Assembly (NCBI GenBank): GCA_030141605.1
Contig: JAQGDQ010001038.1
Span: forward strand, 1-64,000
From: Tubiluchus corallicola
Taxonomy: Eukaryota; Animalia; Priapulida
Direction: 5' to 3'
DNA: 64,000 nucleotides
Positions 46,046-59,790 of this stretch are shown piece by piece (the first letter of the stretch is position 1; every line of letters begins with the position of its first letter). The position numbers were made by a program, and so were the translations under genes. Under the pieces are notes generated by a model, which saw only the letters and a program-made list of their open reading frames with translations, made no database searches and had not been told where the DNA came from.

Positions 46046-48994
46046 AACATGAAATCCTATGATTCGTGCAGCTCGTAGTTGATAACGGCAGGCATTTAAG
46101 TGGTATTGGGTGCCTGCCAGACACCATTTTTGTGGGATCAAATTGGAAACTGGATGGACGTATGAGATACTAGTTGAAACTAAATAAAAGTGATAGTATG
46201 TCAATCTTGGATACTAAACATGAAGATCAAATGGGTGTGCACACAAGCTCAGAATAAAGGAGTGCTGTAGTGGAAGATGCAGCAGTGCCCATGTTAACTA
46301 CAGTGAGAAGAAGTTATCGAGTTATTATTTTAGTGTCGAAATATCGGCATAGGAATTTTGAGAGGTGGTAGTAGCAACAGCTATTGGCATTCTAATAAAT
46401 AAAAAAGTATGCAATTTTTATAAGCTAGTTTCTGGATTCTGTTTCACTTTTCGTTCCTTCTTGCGCATGTTGTAAGTTTGGGATTTTAAGACCAAACAAA
46501 CATTTGAAGCCTTGGTTATTAAATTTTGCTCTACATTTCTTGTCCTTCATTCCAAAACGTGACAATCCATCTAAACAATACAAAATTTATGCCAAAAAAT
46601 ACCAATAGCCAAAAGATCAATAATTATACATAATTTAGCAGTTTTACACTACAGCGTTGCAGTAACTTTTAGCTAATTTGTAATTTAACTAAATAACTAA
46701 TTTTTAAAGTGATAAAAGAGTATACATACGTAGTTAGCCCCAGATCATTCTAGACACATAACGTCAATATATTTTAATGCATTATAAATTGTCTTGTGTT
46801 AACAAAATTCAGTCGACCACTGAACCAGATCATGTGATCAGGCCTAAAATCGCCACAAGGTGCTAAATTTCCAGTACAGCTACCTTACTTAATAATAAGT
46901 GGAAAATAAATACGTTTCAACATGATTTATCACACGTTTAAACACGAATTAAATAGACTGCTCGTACTGTTGACAAAATTAATTTTATCCACGTAGAAAC
47001 ATTTGTCTGGTGATTAAGTCCGGCGGTTGCCAATGTGGCGCCATCTAACGGAAATTTACGTAAGCATTCTGAATGCAGTTGTGACTGTGTTAGTACGATA
47101 AGAGTCTCGGGCCAGTACTTGCCTTCCCAGGACATTCTGGACTTTGCCTTGATGACGGCAAATCAGAGTGGCGGAGTTGTCGAATACATGCCATGGTTAA
47201 ATACTGTAGGGCGCCATTCGCTAAATGATTTCGATTTTACTTTTGATTTTAATACTTTTTGAAAATTAAACAGAAACGACTGAATAATGTGTAAATGCAT
47301 TCATGCCTGGTGGTTTTCTCTCTTCCTAAAACATTAGGTAGTCATCTTTAATTGTAATTATATCTTATTCTTGTAAATGTACAATTGTATTGTTACATTG
47401 GAGTGAATAAATAATCCAAATTAATAATCTAATTTAAATTTGCAGAGAAGCAGTGCGGTATATTGTCAGTCCAAATACCGCATTGGTGATTTCGTTTACT
47501 CTTTTAACTTTTACATTGAGAATCTTGACAAATTTTCAAAAATTCTGTGAGCTTCCTCATTTTATGAAAAATTGCGCTTGTCTTTGACATCAGTTTGGCG
47601 TTTTGAAAACTTGCTCGACTAGGTGTTTAACACACGCTTTGTTAACAGCAAGAGGTTGTTTGTTAACACAGCAGCTCATTTATTAGCGTTTCTAACGTTG
47701 TCCAGCAACATCCAGGCTGTTCGTTAACAAAACAGCTCTGTTAACACTCCGGCGTCGTTCAGCAGTAGGATAATTGTGGTGAAGTTAAACAATATCATAA
47801 TAATAAGTCAAACATTTTTGATTTGTTGTGATTAAGTAGTACATGTTTTTTAGAGCATAAATGTGAAAGCAGACCATAAGTTATTTCGATAAGATAGGTT
47901 TTTGCTGTTTATTATGTGATAATCAGAGAGCTAAACGAAATGGCGGACCGTCGAATGTAATAAATGAGTTAAACACTCGGGTTTTCATACTATCTGGACA
48001 TACTCAAGGTAGATGTTTATGTCACCTTAGTACCTGGTACCTAGTAGCCCATTATCAAGCATTGCCATTTGAGGAGAGACATTGAACTGACACAAGTGTC
48101 AATGAAAATAAATAAACGAGACAAACAGATAAAATAAGCAAGAGCAGATTAAACATTAAGCTACTAAGGCTGCAGCTTTAGAACCTAAATTTTGATAGAA
48201 CAGCGAAGTCCTGAGACGGATGACAATTAAACAGAGATAATGCTATTTAGTAAACAGAATAACAATAATATATAGAATTTATTTTTTATTTGTTTTTTTG
48301 TGCATTGCTAATAAGCACTTGAGCGATTTGAGCCTATTTTGTACACAAAATATTTCATTTTTGACTACAGACCATTTGGACTAGTCTTGGCCACATAAGC
48401 AAATTGGGCGGTGTCTGTTTTGGAAACTTTGCAAATTTGCACACTAGGTATTTTGGACACATAGGTCATTTGGACGCATAGGCCATTTAGACACAAGAAT
48501 TCGATTGTTGTAAGAGTAAAATATTTGCAGCATAATTCAGAGGTAGTCTGAATGACCATAAGCAACTAGACATTTGGTTAATCCAGGCGGAAAGACATAG
48601 CAAACAAAATCGTTTCCATTGGTTAGGAGTAACAACAAAGGTTTTTGAAAGTCTATACAAAACTAAACAGCTGCACAACAATTCCTAATAGTTTTAGAGA
48701 AATTTGGTGGCAGCCTGTGCACGAGTCTGACATTTAATTTTGAGCAGCTAATATTTAACCATTTATAGTGCTTTTTACTGAAATATTCCTATGAACAAAT
48801 TTCAGGAACAGCAGTATCGGACAATTGCATGTTGTGCATACCCTGTACGTTTAGGCCCTTCATTAGTATGGCAAAAGAAATCACCTGGAGCAACTATTGA
48901 AGCCAGGTAATGCCACATCACTCTCTGAGACTGGACTTGGAATTGGTTAACTTTGGTCGCAAGACATTTGATGTGACCGCCCGTATTATTTTTG

Positions 48995-49854
48995 TCATTG
49001 TGGCGGTGTTTGTTTCCAGTATTTGTTCACGTAATATTTTTGGAGCAGTTTACCAAAAGTACAGTCTGAATAATTCACCACATGCTCAGGTTTCATAAAG
49101 TATCTTTTTCGCGCCGGAATCTGCGACAAATGTCCCCAGATGTGATAAGCCGATAATCCGGAAAAGTCGACGTTATTTTCTTTGAATATCGTCCCGTTCG
49201 TATCATGCCACACTCGTGGATCGATGCGTACTAAGTCAGGACTTTGACTCATTATCGAAGTAGGCACTTTCCCAGAGTTGAATAACCAGTTATTACCACG
49301 ATAATCTCTATACCCGTCTAGCCACTTTGAGAGGAATTCTGAGCCTTCTTTAGCTACAACCACGCCCGAGTTTATCATGCCTTTCGTGGCGTTTGTTCCC
49401 GTTTCTACGCCAACAACACAGTCGTAAATGCGCAGATAATCGAACGAGTTAAAAACTAACACGTCAAAGTCCAGATAAATTCCGCCATGCTTTATCAGAA
49501 TCTCCACTCTTGCAACATCGGCTATGTGCTTCAGATGAAGAATCGGTTGCTGAAATATTGTCTGCTTTAGTGGATATTCGCGATATTCAAGTTCCGGGAT
49601 AATCCGGAAGAGTTCTCGGAACCACATTCCTGGTAGTGGTTTGTCTCCATGTATGATCATCTTGTCCGGGCGCATGTTTTCATAGACGCTGATAGGCCCA
49701 ATGACTTTCCAGAATTCCAGTGGAATGTCGTCAGGACCTTGAAGCCAAATATAATGCACAACATTAGGCACCTTGAATGGAATCTCGCCTAGAACGGGAT
49801 TAGTTCCAGGAATAAGGAACAACTTATGTGGCAAACCCGCATTTTCAGCTTCAT
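48995..49854 (-). CDS. Catalytic (last) exon of a GT32 alpha-1,4-glycosyltransferase (A4GALT/A4GNT-like, DXD sugar-binding domain); upstream exon(s) not located
   Basis: Open frame with VPNVVHYIWL, HIADVARVEILIKHGGIYLDFD (GGIYLDxD signature) and INSGVVVA. It begins after a clean acceptor (cactttttcag at 49865-49855, phase 1) and ends at TGA 48995. There is no N-terminal TM segment in this exon. Confidence 0.85.
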
Positions 49855-52800
49855 CTGAAAAAGTGAATCGTGAATTATTGTATCTTTAAACTTTTTTCTT
49901 GTTTAGGTTCCTTGTAGTTGGCAGACCACAAAGTTTTAAGTACAGTAACATAATAACAAACCAGACGGTTTTGAAACCGTACTTTAACTGTTTATCAATT
50001 TCAATGCCACAGTTGGTTAATGGTTTTAGACAAACAAATCATAACAATTTGGTGACTGACAAACTAGCAGAGCTGCAAAATGATGCAACAGCTAAACTTG
50101 GCATTGTAACAATGACGCAAGTGCATCTCAGCTTCATACTCATTTAATGAATTTTTTTGTATTGACCGTAACAACCAGCTCAAAACAAGTTACAATCAAT
50201 TCAGTGACTCAGTTATTCAACTTATTCAACTCAAGAGTTTTCTTTCGTCAAAGCAGCTACAAGATTTTGCAAAATTGATCACACAAATTTGAAACGTGTG
50301 CGCATAAAAACAAATAGACATTGGATGGTGATTAAAAATAGGTTAATATTAATATACTTAATTATAAAGTATAACAATTTTCAATTTTTTATGTCAGAAC
50401 TAGCATTAACAATTTAGGCATTGTCTATACATTTAAAATAACAGTAATTCGATAGAATCTATTTCTTTATTCCGTTCTCTCAATTTATTGAGATCTTTAA
50501 TGACTAGACCTTCATAAAACAAATGTTCAAATTTCTATTTTCGTTTCCAAATATCTTTGAATTTTGCCCTTTTCTTTGTCATTCAGAATTGCCAAAGTAA
50601 ATTTGAATAACATAACTTTGTTCTATGAGATGCTGCGCACGCGGAGCATTTAAATCTATGGTCTAGGGCGGGGGCATACGTTCCTAGACGTATACTGAAG
50701 TCAGAACTGAACAAACAAAGAGATTCTATGAACAATTGTTATTTCACATATGCAGACAATGGCTGAATTCTGGAACGTTACTTTTGAAGTGATGAAATTT
50801 GAGCATCATATTCTTGCTCATGAATGTTGTGGAAACTTAGCACAGTTAACGTTTTCTTATGAACAGATTTACTATCACAACTTACGAATAATTCTAGACA
50901 CATGGCTTGCACTATCACTATGTTTAATATCGCTGTCACAGGAATTACACAAGTTCTTAATGTTAGCCACAAGTAAGATGGCTATCAGCAAAAATAATAG
51001 CACTAAATTTTCTTTTTGTAGCACGCGTCTTCTGTAACTTGACTTACAGAATATCATCATCATCACTGGCAATGTTGAAATTGCCAGCATAACACGAAAT
51101 GTGTATTAAGGACTACAATAAATATTGTAGAGAAAATCCATGGGCTAAAATTCTTTAATCACTATGCATGTTGCACCTGTCTGTAACAGTTTTTTTCTAC
51201 AACACTCCAATATTTTTTGCATTATGATTTTGTCGATATAGACAAACGGAGCGAGGAAGTAAAGAAATTCAGGCCTAGTTTATTACAGCAGTAGGCCAAA
51301 TTAACCCTTAATTAGTTTTTAATGTTCGCAGTTCACTTATTTATTCAAATGTAAACAACAAATAGTGCTTCACAATTTTAGAACCAATGTGAACAAAATC
51401 TTGCTTAATTCTTGGTGGTGACACTGCCTAATAATTCACTTTCGCTGAAATGTAACACACAATTTATTGAAATGTAATACACTTAACGCAAACTCATCCA
51501 CTCATACGGTGCGAAATAAGAACGTCAAAAGCCCCTGCACAATCTCCGTGCAAGCGAAAAGGTCATTACTCCATATCTATGAGCCTACGCGTGTCTGATG
51601 CGGAACGTGCTGGTCTGTAGCACCGGGATCTCTTCCTAGGAACTTGCGAAATTACAATTTGCTTTGAATCTTGTATTTAAAAGAGCATAAACCTAGCGCA
51701 GTGCACAGGAGGCGTGGAGTGGTCAGCATAGTAGTTGCTTCAGTTTTGCAATCACTTTTGTTATGTCTTTTATTATTACACAAATGCAAATTATAGTGCA
51801 ATATGTACAAGTGCAGCCCTCTATTTGCAATTATTGCTACTAACACATAGGCAATATTTTTGTTGTTTTAAATCCAACAGAGTAACCTCTTATGCAAGAC
51901 GCAACTAACATTTTGAGATATAATATTTTCTTATCTTCCTTTAGTCCTCTTTGTGCAGCTTTATCTCCAGTCATTTTTTTTATTTCGTCTGTAACCACCT
52001 GCACTACATATGCATCTGCGTCTTTCTAAGAATTTCCTTAGAGCACTTTTGGATCATCTGACTTGATCACTTCTTTGCGCGCTAACGAATAGTATTGATA
52101 ATATCGAATACCTCAATCTGCAATTTTGCGTGTCACTATAAAACAGTGAAACACACAACAGGACATAAAAACAATGTAAACGCCAAGAATCCCGGGCAGA
52201 CCAAGAACTTAAAAAATTCTGAATAAATAAGAACATTTGCTCAGAACATACCAAACAGTTATATTACTTACGAACATTTAGAAACAAATGTAATTCTTAC
52301 TCAGTCTCACTCTATTTCGCACTACCTGCGTGAAGAAGCAGCCGAACAGATACTGACATCATCAGTCAATAGATGGCAGTATGAGGCGTCTATCCTCAGG
52401 TAGATGATCTGCGCAGGTAATATAGCGGGCAATCTCACAGGGAAAAAGATGTCCCTTTGTTTAACCTTCCTAGTTTTTATTGCATTCATTTTGTATTCCA
52501 GTGATTCTAAAAAAACACGAAAATTGGACAGGGCTAAAACTACGAAATTTAATAATCTATTGTTATTTCTCCAAAGGCATTAGATAACTGATTCAAAGTA
52601 AGAAATATAGTGTCAGCAATGTCGGTAATAATACGAAACTAGGATGAAGATATCAGACACTGCCAATATTATTAAGTTCTAGAATGCTGAATGTCTTCAA
52701 CAATTATTCTGCAAATAAAACCAAAAGTATTAACTTGTACAATCATACTGAAAATTTAAGGTATTCTCAAACAAATGGACCGTGAAACCGTGTCCAAATG

Positions 52801-54919
52801 TTACAATAAATTCAACTACAGGTAGGAGTTTCTTTTCTTTACTTCAAATTACTATGATTTGTTTGTTCGAAGGATTAATGTCATTCAAAGCTTTTGAAAA
52901 TGCTTTTGGCCGCGGAACACAGAGCATCGTCTGCAGGTCAAGTGTTTTATACGCAGCACCAAGTGAGATTCTTGCGAATAAATAGGTTTGCATACATATT
53001 TGTGCATACGAGCGGGCAAGAGTGCATGCTCACGTACTGCCATCTGTCGTTTTGGTGATCACACTTTAATCACTTGTGAGTGCTTTGGAATCGATGCCTT
53101 CATTTGTAAATAATGCACTTGCTTATTGTAATCCTGAATAACGAAAAGAAAGAGCCAGTTTTCTGCATTTCTTTTTGAACGTACTTAGGTATTCTTATTC
53201 TACAAACAGGCATCATGAATGTAAGGACCTACTCAATACAGGTAGCCTGGCGAGAACCAAAACTCATCTATTTATGAACAATAGTCCCCTTAGATAAGAT
53301 ATAGGACCATAAGAGGCATCTACATCGTCTCTCAAAGTAGTAATTCCTCCAGAGTGTATGCTAAATGCAGAAGCGATCATCCAGACTGTTAGCCATCCAC
53401 TTATTTGGCTAGACTTGCCGTTGCTGAACTTCGGTCGCAACTGCACAATCTACTTGTAAGGCATGGCGCACGGTAAAATTTCGAAATAAAAACAGTAAGA
53501 ACAAGAATGAAAAAACAAAAATTCATAAATATCACTTTTAATTGCTCACCGTGACACTTATATTATTACAAAACAGTTACCAGACTTCTATTTTCTGGAC
53601 TTGTACTGATAATGCATTTCCATCTTTCAGGTTTGGGGTGATTAAGGTGATTGGGGTTATTAACTTTTATTAACTGCTACAATTTTTAATTACAGTTTTA
53701 ATGCTAATCACAATTCCAGTTTTTTTTATAAACCACAGATTGCTGTGTAATAGTAGCATGTATTCTCGTTGAAGTAGCTTCTTAAGATTAATGGTTTCTA
53801 GTTGTCTCCCAAAAATTACGAACTAGCTTGAGGCAAATATTAAGTTCGGTTCAATTTGTTTAAAGATTTTTGGGGCAACTAATCTCTCATTTTCACGTCA
53901 TCGATGCTTGGGAAAAACGAGGTATAATCACCGATTTAAACCGACGTTCATTTACGCTGGATAATGAATGATTCTGACCTACCTGCTTAGACGCTTTTGG
54001 TCACTGGGCCACGAAGTTAGTGAAAGTCTTTTTAACAATGTGAGTGCAAAACACTGTAGCAGTAAGCTGTAAAATATAGAATGCATTATATAGGCCCGAC
54101 ATTATACTGTAATCTTGCTTGGGTCACACTACAGTTACTGGGCTACGTTTTTCTGTGAAATTGCATGGCATTGTTTTGTCGCGTAAGCAACACTCGTGCA
54201 GAAATGGCTTATTATTGTAGTAATTGGCCACGCAATGGCAATGAACTTTGGCTTTAAAAATGGTTATCAGTATGAAGTAGACGAAAGCTGTAATTATACT
54301 TTTAAAGGTTACAAGTCGTTAAATAATTCCATGGGATTGTTAATTATTGTTTGAGCAAAATATTTCCTCCTACTGTTAACAAGTTGATGTTAAAGTTTAT
54401 TTCGACGTAAGATATCAATTTTTTGTTAAATATGCTTTTTGAGTGATTAAATAGTGAAAATACAACAACCTACAACAGTTCAGCATTAAATGAACGTTTA
54501 AATGAAGCACACACTTTTGATTGTTTTTACTGAATATATGTAGTAATAAACAGAAAGTTTAGTTGAGTATGTTTATGACACGAATAAAAATGCATTAGTT
54601 TCAGAGTAGTAATGATTAGGCACCATTATTTATAGTTTTGCACTTCTAATTTTATTATATTTTTGTGTTTTTCGTTTTACCACTTATTTAGTGTTAAGGC
54701 ACGTAAATATAACTGTGTTACGCAGCAACTTACTTACGCTATTTTCTACGCTCTAAATCACAAGTAACTTTTAGTCTTTTACCTTTACTTTTGTTATAGT
54801 CTTTCTCATCTTTATTTTCTTTCTTGGTTCAGTGTACTCAAAGATATTAGTTTGTACAACGTGTTATTGTTTTACTGTTTTAGCTGTTTGCATATTCGGT
54901 GGTCCGCAATTAAAGTATG

Positions 54920-54933
54920 TGTTGCTGCTGCTG

Positions 54934-54983
<50 letters not shown>

Positions 54984-55055
54984 ATTGCTGTTGCTGCTGC
55001 TGTTGTTGTTGTTGTTGTTGCTGTTGTTGTTGTTGTAGTCGGCGTCGTCGTTGTT
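54920..55055. repeat. Compound (GCT)n/(GTT)n/(GTC)n microsatellite
   Basis: Read directly from the sequence. Confidence 0.95.
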
Positions 55056-57738
55056 TATTGTTATACGGTACTACTGTTTTATTGTTATACTGCTATACTA
55101 ATTATACGTTATTCTCATAATGCGTTTTTGAAAGCGAAAACCACTTTTTATGAAAACTTCCCAAAAATTGTTTTTTGTACAATCCTCACTAAAGGTAACA
55201 TTTTAGGATCCATCAGATGAAGTTGCACCGCGAGACAGACATTTTCATCGGCCTAACTATACAGGTGTTTTAAATGTTCTTACTTTTACATTAAACCTTT
55301 GTCATTTTGTTTATGTTATATTTAACCTGCTTTTTTATTCCGGTCCCTGGAACATAAGAAGTAACAGAAATTGATGTTTCAGTTAGCAATAAGTGTTTTT
55401 AAAATTCGAGTGGTAGTGTTATCGAGGATGTGAAATCTAGGATGACCCGTTTCACTTTAATACTTTCTCCACTTTTACTTTTAATTGACCATTTTCTGTT
55501 ATTTAAGAATTAGGATTTATATAATGGGCCATTTACAGGTGCGCATATATAGTTCGTATGGGTTTGCTAGTAATTATCGCTACTCTATTTATTGTACAAG
55601 GCTTTTATTGTATGGCGTGAATAAGATTTGATCACTGCCCTGCTTTCAGTTTTTTGTATTAATTACCCCAATTAGAGTTGCATAATTTCGTTTTCGTGAG
55701 GAAAACTGTTTACATTTACCGTCTTCGGTTAACTACCTCACATTACGTTCTGCACTTTTCAAGTAATAAATTTCACAGGCTGCCGAACTATCACTGAAAC
55801 TTTAGAAAATGGAAACAAGTGCAAGCCTCCCTTTTGAAATTAGTGATATAGTGATTTTCCATGGCAGCGTGAAATACGTAGGAGTTTATTTTTTCACTGC
55901 GATATATGAAAAATCATTGGCCCGCAGTTCAAAAGTGAAGTTTGTACTTGTTATTTGCTGAATTAAATGGTAAGTTAACAAATTATAATACTTTTATTTT
56001 ATTTATTTCGCACAAAATGCAGCTTATATGCAGAGCATGCAAGGAAGTTAATCATGCAAAATAATCAACAGAGTATAAAAGAAGTAACAACAAAATATTT
56101 GAAATGACAGGCAGAATAACAGGCACTCCGTGTACTGCTTCACACATTTAAGAAAATCTTAACGTACAGATATTTTTTGTATTGAAATTAAAACTTTGTG
56201 TGCAACCATACGTTAGCCTCTGCTGAAAATGGAAGGTGGGTGGTCACAAAACGAGAAGTTGGTGAAAATGTGTTTTCAAACTATCCTGTTCCTCAGATAT
56301 TTATGTCTAGACAATAGATGTCGTCATTCAAGTAAAGTAGTATAAAATTGGACTGAAGAAAATTCGCATTGATCGTTTATTCGAAACAGCGATTGAATGG
56401 AAAGAGAGCTGTGATACTACCCTGTCGTACTCCGTAGCTTGCATGCGCCATTCGATGTATAACTCCTCGCTCTGATAATTTCAGCTTTCACATCTCACCT
56501 AAAGTCATAACTGCGTTTGCAGACAGGTTAGATACACCAGGTGGGTGAATGCCAGGATGCGTTGTGCTACCTGAACTTGTTGTGTGTTTGGCGGCTCTTT
56601 GTTTAGACAACCAAGGACTCGAATAGAAATTTGCTCTACATTGTTTACTGCGTCAAATTTACAGGAACGATCAATTTACTTGTCAATAATGAAAAAGTGA
56701 GTTGGTGGATTGCGATCGATTAGCGAATACAGTCGGTAATTACATATATATATATATATATTCTGGTTAATTAGTTTTTTTCTATAAACATGTTTTTTAT
56801 TTGTTCATATCATAAGCTTAAGGTGAACAGAAAAAAGAGGTTTGAACCCCAAGCTTGTACATACATTGAAAATTAATTAATACATTAATACATTAATTAA
56901 TAATAAAGCATCGGAGAACTTTTACATTGGCAAAATGCTCTACACTCTGTAAACAGTTATCTGCAGCACTTTTCATTACGTTAATAATGACCTAAATTTT
57001 AGCGTTACTCATGTCTTATAATTAATGTTACAATATTATTTTTAATTTGGGCATGCATACCTTCTTTTGCTTATGCACAATTTCGTCGCTAGTTGCCTTG
57101 ACATTTCAATAAGCTGATTTACTTTTGATACCATTTTCCGAAATCACATGGAACACGAATAAATCCTTAATTGTATATTAGCTCGGGCCGCAGTGACATA
57201 ATTGGGTGAGATTGCACAAGCAGAGGAATCTTTTGAGATCAGAGCATTTCTATTGATGGCTGAAGCATTATGGAATTCCACACATTTGAGAATTAGAACA
57301 CGTACAGTATTGTTATAGCAATAATGCTTGTATCATTTATGTTTATGAAAAGGCAGAACAAATTAAACGGATGGGGTTTTGAGAATGAAACCTTTTTTCA
57401 AATTAATACGAATGCAATATTACATGATAAGATTCAATTAAATATAACGCATAATAATTAGAGAAAATAGAATTCTGGTAACCAATTTACCAATGATAGG
57501 AGCTTGAGGTACCTACTAACAACCCTTGAAGCTGGTGGATTGTAATTTGCACATTGGCAACTTTCTGGTAAAGAATATCATAGATAAGATGGCCGAGGGA
57601 AAACCTGGATTGTTAAGCATTTTAAAAATGCGATTATACGAAAACAGGAACAAAGGTCTGCTGTTCTTATATATAATTATATACACATATGCAAAGTGAT
57701 CTACAAAATTAATATATATAAATTCTAGTATATATTTA

Positions 57739-57777
<39 letters not shown>

Positions 57778-58189
57778 CTGCGAAACTACGAAAAAATCTT
57801 GACGCTGAGAGCTGGCGTAAATATCTCTAACTATGGTGTAAGGTTCTTACAAATAGCTACACTAGGTGTTACTATAGTATGGTCTGTGAGAAGGGCTTCC
57901 TACCCATCATCCCTCCTCTCATAATATGCTATAACCTATCAACGCATAACATGATCTTGGAAAATGCATGACACAGATATCCAGGATAGTATAGTGGAAC
58001 TGCTGAGTCTTTAACTTTTAACTGTGACTTTACTTTACGAATAAAAAACGGTTAAAACCCTAAACTTGGTTAAGAGTCTCTGAAGCAGTAAAATTGTGCA
58101 CATCTGCTGTTTGACTGATCTAACATAAGGAGACCATCAGTGGTGATGCCAAACCACTTTAGCATTGATATTGGGGATGGAGCTTTATT

Positions 58190-58330
58190 CACACTGGTAA
58201 TGTGTTGGAAGTTTCTACGATGTGCCTAATTCTAAGCTATATGAGAGGTGAATTTAGCCTCCAGTATGAAGCAAGACGTTGTGACGTATCCTGAGTCAAC
58301 CAAAAAGACTTGTAAGTCATGTCTTAATTC
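58190..58330 (-). mobile_element. Possible Harbinger transposase catalytic-domain remnant
   Basis: VFLVDSGY...IA*N*AHRR resembles the LGDSGY...YNxAHxxxR region of Harbinger DDE domains. Short and degraded. Confidence 0.3.
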
Positions 58331-59539
58331 AGCGTCTGTTGTTGGAATGCTTGAAATCAATGTATGTTATTTCCAACATGAAAAACAAATATGAAGTAGA
58401 CCCCCGTAAAACATTAAGCCTTAAACTCGTTGGTTTTTTATGTGAGCCCTCGACTTTGCAAATTCTTTAAAACAAAAGCAGATTAATTAAAACTGCGTCG
58501 TTGATTCTCTGGTTCACATGCCTTGTTGCCTTCTGCAAAAATTGCAGGACAGCAACCGCCCACATATCGTGAATAAAAGATGACGCGACAAGTTAGTCAG
58601 ATTTGTGGATGAGTTGGGAGGTAAAGAGTTGCACCCCCACCATAAAAATCTACTAGCCCCCAACATATGGAAACTGTTTAACTGGTCTAGAACTGTTTGG
58701 ATAGCGGTGTAACAATTTTTATTAACAAAATTTGATTTTATAGTCCGCGCCCTTTAGTTTTTCTTGTCTAGTACGTACCAACAAATATCGCGTTCTTCAC
58801 ATTCAGAAAACATTCAGAATTTTGAGTATATATACATGTTATACGTAATACGGAAGCAATGTAAAATATAACTTTATTATTAATCTAACTGTGTGTCCAT
58901 AATGCCCGCGAGGGACTCTCACAAGTGAAAGTGTAACAGCTCAGACAGAAGTTAAGTCACACTTCCTTAAGTTTCGTTGACTTTTTTGTTCATATCTATA
59001 TGCTAACAGGGTATGTATAACATAATACAACTAAGCAACTACCTATTCGGTGCCTGGTAAAATGCAATTGTTTCTTGCATTATATAACTGACCTTCAGAA
59101 ACTTCATTTGAGGTGGGTGCACTTCAATATGGGGACTGGCTATTTGTTTAAAGGTTGGAAAACGTTTACACAAGCAGGGAATTCGGGTTTCTGTTTTCGA
59201 AGCTAAGCGTTGAGAAATTTATATCACGGCTGTGGCGAAGTTGACGATCTCAGAGTGAACACAAAGTATTTCTCTGATTACAATTTTTTACACAAAACAT
59301 ACTGCATATTTCCTGCAGTCTGTTTGTCATTTCAAGAAATGTTTTCCACTTTACTAGCTGAACTTCAACATGTGCTCTGTTAATTCTTGAAGCACATCTA
59401 AGTGTTACTCGATTTCACGTAATGCTTTATCTCTTCGTTCACCGTCACTATAGACTCTGTTATTCTTCCTTTCAGAGTTTTGAAGATTAAAAAATAGTGA
59501 ACAGTGCATTTTGTCCTTCGCATACGCCCATAAAAAGAA

Positions 59540-59790
59540 CAAGATGTGGTGGACGGTGTAGCCATGTTGTTGGTCCATCATTCTCATTGTTTTGGAAAGT
59601 TGCATTCAAGAATTAACTAAATCCTACTAGTGCGCCTTCTTGTTGGAAAACGACCCATGGCTGAATTTTTTCTTACTGTAAAGCCACAAAATGTCCAAGT
59701 AATCACTTGATAAAGTGATGTTCTCAATAAAGAAGAAAGGTCCTATAACCTTAACATGCATTAGATCACTTATGCTGATACTGATGATTG
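59540..59790 (-). mobile_element. Tc1/mariner transposase remnant
   Basis: KVIGPFFFIENITLSSDYLDILWLY followed by frameshifted DQQHGYTVHH, resembling GPFFF..YLDML..FQQDGAPPH. Confidence 0.55.

Noticed and set aside
51540-52254. Candidate first (TM) exon of the GT32 gene
   Set aside because: Hydrophobic stretches are interrupted by stops, and I found no ATG-to-phase-1-donor path.
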